Source: an uncultured Gammaproteobacteria bacterium (GTDB taxonomy: Bacteria; Pseudomonadota; Gammaproteobacteria; Steroidobacterales; Steroidobacteraceae). From it: a stretch of DNA of 24,000 nt. The stretch covers positions 291,458-315,457 of the forward strand of contig CAWGLZ010000004.1 of the NCBI GenBank assembly GCA_963823535.1. The letters are read 5' to 3'. Each line of letters opens with the position of its first letter. The first letter of the stretch is position 1. Of this stretch, positions 15,873-22,839 are shown in pieces. The notes beneath the pieces were generated by a model that was given only the letters and a program-made list of their open reading frames with translations, was not told the origin of the DNA and made no database searches. Both the position numbers and the translations under genes were made by a program.

Positions 15873-16032
15873 ATTGGAGTCGCGGGCGCCACCAATAAGC
15901 GCAGGGGCGAGTAGGTTGTCCGTGACCGGGCGTCGACCCCTTGCTGGCGGGTGGGGCTCAGCGGTCGGCCGCTTGAATCGATTGCTGGGCTCCCGTCTGC
16001 ACCGGGACCTCGGCAGTGCGTTAGCGTCGGGT

Positions 16033-16181
16033 TGAATCCGCACTCGGCGCGTCTTGGCGAGATTTGGCGCAACGTAGGGTGAAGGCGGGCCATCTACCTT
16101 GTTGATTTGAAACACAAACAAAGAAGCAGGGTGCCCCTACGAACCAGAAGGTCGGGAGTTCGAATCTCTCCGGGCGCGCCA
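16033..16181 (+). pseudogene. tRNA-Arg(ACG)-derived element, copy B: canonical 3' half (16137-16181) preceded by a ~105-nt partly conserved leader; no 5' half
   Basis: 16137-16181 is CTACGAA-CCAGA-AGGTC-GGGAG-TTCGAAT-CTCTC-CGGGCGC-G-CCA. Only 3 mismatches to copy A over the last 53 nt. Shared upstream blocks are GAATCCGCAYTCGGCG and GGCGGGCCATCTAMCTTGTTGATT. No 5' half is detectable. Confidence 0.6.
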
Positions 16182-16195
16182 GAAGGTAGGAATAT

Positions 16196-16224
16196 GGGGT
16201 CACACGTCAGTGTGGCCCCTTTTT
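16196..16224 (+). terminator. Strong rho-independent terminator 14 nt after the CCA of element B
   Basis: GGGGTCACAC (16196-16205), loop GTCA, GTGTGGCCCC (16210-16219; 10 bp with one G-U), then TTTTT. Confidence 0.8.
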
Positions 16225-16426
16225 CGCTTCTGGCGCCGAAGCGGAGAAATCAGAACTCCCGACGTCGTCGGGCGCTCGACAACCTCGCGCTAGCGAGGTT
16301 GGACGTTGCCGATTCGCGGCGACTGAGCGCATCGGTAACGGCCCTAGCGGGGCGGCCGATAGCGGAGCGTGGCAGAAATCCCTCCGGCCGCGCCACTCCC
16401 AGTCGCAAGGTTCTGTTGGTCTACGT

Positions 16427-16708
16427 TCGGCCAGGAGCGGTCCTTGATGCCATGAACTGAGCGCCGCGGAACCGGACACTCCAGGGACCCCCTGCTGGCA
16501 ATCCCGTTACACTCGCGCCATCAGGGAGAGAGCCGCGTGACCCACGTGCCGCAGGACGGGGAGGAGACTACCTTTTGGGAGCGACTGCGCCGCCGCAAGG
16601 TGGTGCAGTGGGGCGTGGCCTACGCCGCGGGCGCCTGGGGCTTCCTGCAGGGGCTCGAGTATGTCAGCGACACCTTCGGCTGGCCGGGCCGGCTGCAGCA
16701 GCTCGCGA
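16427..16708 (+). repeat. Segmental duplicate of 23402-23683 (upstream region plus the first 57 codons of the TPR-family gene at 23512)
   Basis: 282 bp, collinear, no indels. Hand alignment gives about 9 mismatches. Homology begins exactly at the 17-bp core TCGGCCAGGAGCGGTCC and ends after CAGCAGCTCGCGA. Confidence 0.9.
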
Positions 16709-16752
16709 AGCTGCCGAAGGACGCGCCGCTCGATTTGGCGGCTGGCAATTGA
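16537..16752 (+). pseudogene. Truncated paralog (71 codons) of the membrane-anchored TPR-family gene starting at 23512
   Basis: VTHVPQDGEETTFWERLRRRKVVQWGVAYAAGAWGFLQGLEYVSDTFGWPGRLQQLA is near-identical to the N-terminus of the 23512 gene. It then diverges (KLPKDAPLDLAAGN*) and stops before the transmembrane helix is complete. Confidence 0.75.
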
Positions 16753-16791
16753 GCGCTCGCCCGAAAGCGGACGTACTCGACGGACTCTAAA

Positions 16792-16903
16792 GGGTCGGTC
16801 TGCACCGTTGAAGGGCTGCTATCGGGCGTGAATTGGGGGTCGTTTCCCGGCACCAATGGAAAGCAGACCTTCGCGTAGGGGTAAAATCGGCCAGGAGCGG
16901 TCC
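16792..16903 (+). repeat. 112-bp repeat element, copy 1 (53-bp S part, hairpin, 17-bp core at its right end)
   Basis: GGGTCGGTCTGCACCGTTGAAGGGCTGCTATCGGGCGTGAATTGGGGGTCGTTTCCCGGCACCAATGGAAAGCAGACCTTCGCGTAGGGGTAAAATCGGCCAGGAGCGGTCC. It has 5 mismatches to 23307-23418. Confidence 0.85.
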
Positions 16904-17208
16904 CTCAAGAACGCAGCGACAGCTTCCCGGAAGCGGCCATTCCTTGCGTTGTCCGAGACCGACAGCATGGGTTCGATTCCGATCACCCGCTCCACTTTTC
17001 TCGCAGGCTGTACCAACGGCAGCCAGTTCCAGTCAAAGTTTTCTCAACGCGCTGCGCGTCGATCGCGTGGTGTTCCCAGTATTCATTCGGTCCGGAGTGG
17101 GCTCACGCCGGTCTTGACAACGGCAACCGGTGGACCCTAAGAGTCCAACCGCTGATCTAGCGCGCGCCCGCCGGTGGCGGCGGCAGCCCGCCGCGAGTGG
17201 TACCGACT

Positions 17209-17562
17209 TCAACCCGCGGTGCGGGACCTGCGAGCGACGACGAACGAGCGGATCATCATCGCCAGCAGCGCGGCGCTCAGCGCCAGCATGCCGACGTTGA
17301 CGCCGAGCGCGAGCGGGCTCATCTGCGCTGCACGGATCGCCAGCGCGGTGGCCGGCGCCAGCGCCCCGAGCAGCGCTACGACCGCGGCGACATGCATCAG
17401 ATGACGGCGCGCGCCGGCGTAGGCCAGTGCGAGTCCGGCCAGCACGGCCAACGTGCCGCCGAAGTAGGCGGGCAGCAGCGCCGTCCGGCTGCCGGAGAGT
17501 GCGAACGCACCCAGTCCGAGCGCGAGCAGCAGGGCGGCGAACACGAGGGTCGGTTTCGGCAT
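17209..17562 (-). CDS. Small integral membrane protein (117 aa, ~4 TM), function unknown
   Basis: GGAG ~10 nt upstream of the ATG. Product starts MPKPTLVFAALLLALGLGAFALSGSRTALLPAYFGGTLAVLAGLALAYAG. It lies 25 nt downstream of the HPF-like gene on the same strand. Confidence 0.6.
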   Translation of the reverse strand: MPKPTLVFAALLLALGLGAFALSGSRTALLPAYFGGTLAVLAGLALAYAGARRHLMHVAAVVALLGALAPATALAIRAAQMSPLALGVNVGMLALSAALLAMMIRSFVVARRSRTAG

Positions 17563-17587
17563 AGCGATACTCCGGAGGTGGCGCCCC

Positions 17588-17932
17588 TCAGACGCGGTTC
17601 AGCTGCGCCAGCGGGTCGTGCCGCCGCAGCGTGTGGCGGCGCGCGCGGTTCATGCGCCGGCTGCGCAGCACCTTCTCGAACGCGGCCGGTACCGAGCTGT
17701 ACAGGTCCGCGTCCACGTCGCTGCCGACGATCGAGGTTCCGTCGGTGAACTGAGCGTGCACCAGGCAGCCCTTGTCCAGGCCCCCGCGCAGGCCGTTCAC
17801 GTCGAACAGGCGTACGGACACCCGGGTGATGCCGGCGCCGAGCGCCTGGGCCAGTCGCGCGATCTCGCGATGGACCGCATGGCGCAGCGACCCAGTCAGC
17901 TTGAAGCGGCGGGCTTGGACGTCGATCTTCAT
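17588..17932 (-). CDS. HPF/RaiA-family ribosome-associated protein (short form)
   Basis: MKIDVQARRFKLTGSLRHAVHREIARLAQALGAGITRVSVRLFDVNGLRGGLDKGCLVHAQF...DADLYSSVPAAFEKVLRSRR. It matches the family pattern MxIxV...LT..L...V...L......I..V.V.L.D.NG.+GG.DK.C. Confidence 0.8.
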   Translation of the reverse strand: MKIDVQARRFKLTGSLRHAVHREIARLAQALGAGITRVSVRLFDVNGLRGGLDKGCLVHAQFTDGTSIVGSDVDADLYSSVPAAFEKVLRSRRMNRARRHTLRRHDPLAQLNRV

Positions 17933-17974
17933 GACGGTTCCTCCGTTGAGTTGCCGTTCGATCCTACGGGCGAC

Positions 17975-18005
17975 TAGAAACAGAATAAATGAGAATATAT
18001 ATACA
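17975..18005. promoter_or_regulatory. AT-rich island in the divergent HPF-like / LysR intergenic region, with AGAATA direct repeats
   Basis: tagaaacAGAATAaatgAGAATAtatatacacc. AGAATA occurs at 17982-17987 and 17992-17997 (10-bp phasing), followed by TATATATAC. It is by far the most AT-rich stretch of the window and lies between two divergent starts (17932 minus, 18026 plus). Confidence 0.35.
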
Positions 18006-18025
18006 CCAGCCTTCGAGAAAATCTG

Positions 18026-18940
18026 ATGAGTGCACCGCCCCTTGGACGCATCAATCTAAAGCACCTGCACTACTTCCATGAGGTCGCGCGCGAGGGCTCG
18101 CTGACGGGCGCCGCGCGCCGCCTGCACCTCGCCCCGCAGACATTGAGCTCGCAGGTGCGCGAGTTGGAGCGATCGCTCGGCCGGACGCTGCTGGAGCGGG
18201 CCGGCCGGCGCCTCGTGCTGACGCCCGACGGCGAGGTGGCGCGCGACTATGCGGAGTCGATCTTCGCCCTCGGCACGGAACTGCGCCGCGTGATGGCCGG
18301 ACGCGCCGAACCGCGCCGCCTGGGGCTGCGCCTCGGAGTCACGGACAGCGTGCCGAAGTTGCTGACCGCGCGCGTGCTGGCGCCACTGCTCGAGCGCCAC
18401 CGCGACCGCCTCGAGCTCGACTGCGTCGAAGGGACCAGCGCCGGGCTGCTCGGACGGCTCGCTGCGCACCAGCTCGACGCGGTGCTGGCCGACCAGCCCG
18501 TGCCGCCGTACCTGGCACGCTCGATGCGCGGGCGCCTGTTGCTGAAGTCCAGCTTGAGCTTCGTCGCGGCGCCGCAGGTGCGCCTCGCGCTGAGCGGAGA
18601 CTTCCCCGCCTGCCTCGAGGGCGCACCGCTGATCACCGGGTCCGCCGAATCGCCGCTCAGCATTGCGATAGATGCCTGGCTCGCCGAGCGCGGAATCACG
18701 CCACGTGTCGTCGCGCGCTGCGACGACAGCGCTCTGATCAAGGTGTTCGCACAGCGCGGCTTAGGCATTGCCTGCGTGGCGACCGTGATCGAGTCCGACG
18801 TCGCCACGCAGTTCGGGCTGCAGCGCGTCGGTCGCGTTCCGAAGCTGAGCGAGCTGTTGTACCTGATCCGCCCGGCCGGCCGCCATGTGCATCCGCTGCT
18901 CGAGGAGATCGAGGCGGGCGCCGCCGATCGCGCTCCGTAG
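18026..18940 (+). CDS. LysR-family transcriptional regulator, NhaR-like
   Basis: N-terminal HTH: INLKHLHYFHEVAREGSLTGAARRLHLAPQTLSSQVRELERSLGRTLLERAGRRLVLTPDGEVARDYAESIFALGTEL. This resembles the NhaR subgroup pattern (LNYNHLYYFW.VA.EGS...AA..L.LTPQT...QI..LE). The C-terminal substrate-binding-type domain follows. Confidence 0.9.
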   Translation: MSAPPLGRINLKHLHYFHEVAREGSLTGAARRLHLAPQTLSSQVRELERSLGRTLLERAGRRLVLTPDGEVARDYAESIFALGTELRRVMAGRAEPRRLGLRLGVTDSVPKLLTARVLAPLLERHRDRLELDCVEGTSAGLLGRLAAHQLDAVLADQPVPPYLARSMRGRLLLKSSLSFVAAPQVRLALSGDFPACLEGAPLITGSAESPLSIAIDAWLAERGITPRVVARCDDSALIKVFAQRGLGIACVATVIESDVATQFGLQRVGRVPKLSELLYLIRPAGRHVHPLLEEIEAGAADRAP

Positions 18941-18955
18941 CGACCCAGTCGCGCG

Positions 18956-19312
18956 TCAAGCGCGCGGCTGGCGCAACAGCGCGCGCACCTCGCTATGGAG
19001 GTCGGCCTCGATGTGCTCGCGCGCCTCTTCCACCGCGGCGATGGTCTCCGCCTTGTCGGCGTCAGTGAAGCTCTGCATGGCGCTGACGATAACGCCAATG
19101 AACAGATTGAGCATCGTGAAGGTGGCCAACAGGACGAAGGGAATGAAGAAAGCCCAGGCAAACGGGTGCAGCTCCATCACCGGCCGCACGATGCCCATCG
19201 ACCAGCTCTCCAGCGTCATTACCTGGAACAGCGTGTACAGCGAGCTACCGAGCGTGCCGAACCACTCGGGAAAGTCAGCGCCGAACAGGTTGGTCGCGAT
19301 GACGGGAAACAC
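18956..19312 (-). pseudogene. Bacterial voltage-gated sodium channel (BacNav/NaChBac family) remnant: end of S5, pore helices with filter, S6 and C-terminal coiled coil only; the voltage-sensor domain is missing
   Basis: (RY)[80 protein letters not shown] is near-collinear with the NavAb-type pore module, including the TLESWSM selectivity filter. Homology stops ~2 codons upstream of GTG 19312. The open frame extends only 13 codons further upstream, to the TGA at 19352-19354. Confidence 0.75.
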
Positions 19313-19351
19313 ATAGCGGCCCGTCGTCGAGGCATTTGTGCCCGGTAGCGG

Positions 19352-20473
19352 TCACTCGGACGCACGAGCTTCTTTGCGAGCTTGCAGGTCGCGTTCCAGC
19401 GCCTCGGCGTCTGCGGCGACGATGCCGAGCGAGTCGCGCAGGCGGCTCAGCAACGCGCGTTCCTTCTGCGAGATGCCGTCGCCCTGCAGGGCCTCGGCGA
19501 CCGCCGCTTCGTACACCTGCAGCTTGCGGAAGGCGGCATATTCGGGCGTGTTCTGCGTTTTCGGCATTGCAGTACTGGCGACGCGTTCAGCGAAGCGCTG
19601 CAGCGGAGCCAGGAAGAACACGACGACCGCCGCAGCCAGCAGGCCGACGAAGTTCCCGAGCTCGGACGAGAGGAACCGGTCCGCGCCTTCGGAGAGCATG
19701 TAGATGATCGTCACGACGGCCGCTGCGAGTGTCGACTGCTTGATCGTCCAGCGGATGCGCAGGTCGATGTCGAAGAGATGCGTGCGCAGGATGCCATACG
19801 CGATGAGTGGGACCGCTAGCAGCGTCCCGAGCGCGTAGACCAGGTACACGGGGTCTGTCGGGTCCGTAATAATGGAATACGATCCGAACCACAGGTCCCA
19901 GACCGCCTTGCTGTAGAGAATTCCCCAGCAGACATCGCGAATCCCGAAGGCAAGCGCGAAGGCGCGAGCCCGCGTACGAGCAGCGCCGCTCGACACGCGC
20001 CAGGCATGGATCGAGGCCACGAGCGCGTACCAGAAGACCAGGGCGAGCGCGAGGTAGAGCAGCGTGCCCCCGATTTCCAGCGGGCCTACCTGGATTACCA
20101 GGAAGAGCGCGGTTGCGGCGATGGCAAGACCGAACTGCACCCGCTTGTCTGCGAACGGACGCGTCATGGGCGTCTGCAAGGCGGCGGCGAGAAAGGGTGG
20201 GTACAGCGCGAGCATCGCGCAGTCGCCGAGCGTGTGGATGATGAACAGTGCGTCGAACCACGGCCGATACAAGCGATACGCCTCGGAGGGCGAAATCAAC
20301 AGGAACTCGAGGGAACTGCTCGACCCTAGGGTCACACCCTCGACGACGAGCAGCAGTGCGAGCTTGCGCGCCACGCTGCCAGGCGTCCCGACGCGGTAGA
20401 GCACGATCGCCAACGCCCAGCACATCGCGATGGCGACGAGAGCGAGAATTCCGCGTGGGTCGGCGTGAAACAT
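19352..20473 (-). CDS. Polytopic membrane protein (~9 TM) with a helical cytoplasmic C-terminal domain, function unknown
   Basis: 373 aa starting MFHADPRGILALVAIAMCWALAIVLYRV. Includes LRTHLFDIDLRIRWTIKQSTLAAAVVTIIYMLSEG. The tail reads TPEYAAFRKLQVYEAAVAEALQGDGISQKERALLSRLRDSLGIVAADAEALERDLQ. Hydrophobic periodicity and GC3-rich codons support that it is coding. Confidence 0.7.
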   Translation of the reverse strand: MFHADPRGILALVAIAMCWALAIVLYRVGTPGSVARKLALLLVVEGVTLGSSSSLEFLLISPSEAYRLYRPWFDALFIIHTLGDCAMLALYPPFLAAALQTPMTRPFADKRVQFGLAIAATALFLVIQVGPLEIGGTLLYLALALVFWYALVASIHAWRVSSGAARTRARAFALAFGIRDVCWGILYSKAVWDLWFGSYSIITDPTDPVYLVYALGTLLAVPLIAYGILRTHLFDIDLRIRWTIKQSTLAAAVVTIIYMLSEGADRFLSSELGNFVGLLAAAVVVFFLAPLQRFAERVASTAMPKTQNTPEYAAFRKLQVYEAAVAEALQGDGISQKERALLSRLRDSLGIVAADAEALERDLQARKEARASE

Positions 20474-20589
20474 GCCGCAGATGGTATCTCAGTACCGCCA
20501 GCCGCCCACGCGATGTCGTGGCGACCGGCAGGTCCCCAGGATCGCTCGATCGACTTGCTGGGAAGCGAACCTCGGTGAATGTCGCCTTA

Positions 20590-20642
20590 GGGTCGTTTTT
20601 CACCGTTGAAGGTCTGCTATCGGGCGTGAATTGGGGGTCGTT
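20590..20642 (+). repeat. 53-bp S part of the repeat element, copy 2 (truncated; identical to 23307-23359)
   Basis: GGGTCGTTTTTCACCGTTGAAGGTCTGCTATCGGGCGTGAATTGGGGGTCGTT is 53/53 identical to copy 3. It lacks the 3' hairpin arm and the 17-bp core. Confidence 0.85.
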
Positions 20643-20829
20643 ATTTGCACTGTTCCGACAGCGGCCACACGAGTTCGCTCAAGGTAACGTAGGGTGACCC
20701 GAAAGCGGATGAGATCGAATTCATACTCACTCATTGGAAGCGGCGCAGCCTCTTGTTGGGCACCGTGTCCAGTAGCGCGGGTTTGATTCCCCGGGGCAAT
20801 GCGATGAACTCATCTCAGACGCTTGATTC

Positions 20830-22839
20830 CTACCCAATCGGCTGCAGCAGTTTTCGAAACGGCGGGTAATCGACGAGGGATCGGAACGCTGGCTCCCTGT
20901 GAATCCAGTCGTCCATGCTTGTCCCCTCGGAGAACGCCCTTCGCAGGAAAACCATGGCCTGATCCTGGTTCCCCAATGCAGCGGCAATTTTTGCCTGCCA
21001 GACCGAAGCGCTGCCAAAAGTGTACGGTACGTCAATTCCCTCGAGTTGTGCGCTGATGCGTTCAGCCTCCGAACGATCACCCTGCCGGGCCCTGGCAACG
21101 CCCAATGCGCCCAGCATGGAAACCCGATCCGGGAGTTTCTGTTGCAACGGCTCCAAGAGCACGATCGCCTCATCCACCCGACCGGCCGATAGAAACGTGG
21201 AGGCCAGAGCTTGGCTCAGTGCTTCCAGTTCCTTGGGCGGCCGATCCCGATACCATTTGATCGCCCGTGCCAGAGTTTCTCGGCCGGCGTCGACCTTCCC
21301 GTGCGCAATCAACTCCTCGCCCGCCACCCGCAACAATCCGCCTAATGTCCAGCCCGGCTGCACACCAAGCCTGATGGCGTCATCTGTCAGTTGATGTATT
21401 CCATCAAGATCACCGAGCGCGGCACGTACGCGAACCTCCGCAAATATCAGGAGCGTCGAGTTCGGATAAATTGCGCGGGCCTGCAATACTTCTTTTAGCT
21501 CTTCATCATACTCCCCAAGCATATGCCTGGCCGCAGTAAGACGTTCCCAGTACTGAGTCCAGCCAATCAGAACGCGACTCGTGTCGATCGTCTGCAGGGC
21601 TTCGATTCCTTCTCGTGGTCGGTTTAGCGCGATCGCATACGCCGCACCGTCAACTACAGGGCCGAACTCCGGCGAAATTGAGCTGGCCTGGTGGGCTGCG
21701 TAATGAGCGGCATCAAGATCGCCATTGGTAATGGCGATGAGTTGGTCTACGCGGTACCTTTCGTAAGGTGATAATTCGTCGCGCCTGCGCTCCAATTCGC
21801 TGAGCAGCGATTCCGCCTCTGCCCACTCACCGACGTTTGTGTGCGAAAACACCAACAGAATGCGCGGCAGATGGTAATCGGCATCCAGCTCGATCGAGCG
21901 TTGAAAGTGCTGCCTGGAGTCGACGAAATCCGAGCGCCAGAAGACTTCCAGACCTTCAATGAAGGCTCTGTAAGCATCGTAGTCTGGCATGTGGCCCATC
22001 AGTTCGGCCGGCTGTTCGATGCGTGGATCGATAATCGAGGCAATAGCCCCGATAACGCGCTGGCGCAAGGCATCGATCGCCTCATCCGGCCTGTCGTAAG
22101 GTCCCTCCACCGGCTCGATAGCAACGTGCTGACGACGCTTCACATCATTGCTCATGTCGATGACCTGAGCATGAAACTGAATCGCATCACCACTGCGATA
22201 ATAGGTGCCGGTGACCGCATGCGTGGCACCCGTTTCCTGTGCGAGCCTGGCGACCGGGTCGCTTTCAGGATCGTCCGACTCCGCGATACTCCGCGATATG
22301 TGCAGGGCCGTATCGGGTGATACGACGTCCACGATCCCTGTTCTCTGCAGCCCCGCGCTGATCATATCGGCCGCCATGCGACCGACAGAATCAAGCGAAG
22401 CATCGCCTGAGCCATTGTTGAATGCTGCAACTACGAATCGCGTTTGCACTTCCTGAGTCGGCGCAGCGCGCCGCTGTTCGGCAAACTCCGCACTAATAAA
22501 GAGGACCGCAGCCAGACCGGCGGTTGCAACGAACCAGACTGCATAGCGCAGCAATGTCGATGAAGAAACAGGTGTTTGATCACGAGGCTCGACGTCGCTC
22601 GAGGTCGGAGCCTCACGCCTTAATCCTTGCGGAGTCAGTTCGAATGCCCAGCCGATAATCAGGGCAACTGGAAACCCGGCTACAAGCAGGAACAGGAAGG
22701 ACTGCATCACCCAGCTGGGTGCATTGAAGTTGCCCAAAATGAGATCTGCAACTTGTGCCAGCAACCAGGCCGCCAGCGCATAGACGACGCCCACGCGCAC
22801 AACGTGGCGCCGCTGCAACTCTCTCCACAGCTTATCCAT
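20830..22839 (-). CDS. Membrane-anchored TPR-repeat protein with a TolB-N-like periplasmic module
   Basis: 669 aa. N-terminus: MDKLWRELQRRHVVRVGVVYALAAWLLAQVADLILGNFNAPSWVMQSFLFLLVAGFPVALIIGWAFELTPQGLRRE. Mid-region: FVVAAFNNGSGDASLDSVGRMAADMISAGLQR...THAVTGTYYRSGDAIQFHAQVID. The C-terminal half has repeated TPR-like helices. Confidence 0.85.
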   Translation of the reverse strand: MDKLWRELQRRHVVRVGVVYALAAWLLAQVADLILGNFNAPSWVMQSFLFLLVAGFPVALIIGWAFELTPQGLRREAPTSSDVEPRDQTPVSSSTLLRYAVWFVATAGLAAVLFISAEFAEQRRAAPTQEVQTRFVVAAFNNGSGDASLDSVGRMAADMISAGLQRTGIVDVVSPDTALHISRSIAESDDPESDPVARLAQETGATHAVTGTYYRSGDAIQFHAQVIDMSNDVKRRQHVAIEPVEGPYDRPDEAIDALRQRVIGAIASIIDPRIEQPAELMGHMPDYDAYRAFIEGLEVFWRSDFVDSRQHFQRSIELDADYHLPRILLVFSHTNVGEWAEAESLLSELERRRDELSPYERYRVDQLIAITNGDLDAAHYAAHQASSISPEFGPVVDGAAYAIALNRPREGIEALQTIDTSRVLIGWTQYWERLTAARHMLGEYDEELKEVLQARAIYPNSTLLIFAEVRVRAALGDLDGIHQLTDDAIRLGVQPGWTLGGLLRVAGEELIAHGKVDAGRETLARAIKWYRDRPPKELEALSQALASTFLSAGRVDEAIVLLEPLQQKLPDRVSMLGALGVARARQGDRSEAERISAQLEGIDVPYTFGSASVWQAKIAAALGNQDQAMVFLRRAFSEGTSMDDWIHREPAFRSLVDYPPFRKLLQPIG

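Noticed and set aside
18247-19161. 304-aa minus-strand ORF overlapping the LysR gene
   Set aside because: It lies antisense to a clear LysR HTH-containing gene. Its product is Ser/Arg/Ala-rich with no motifs.
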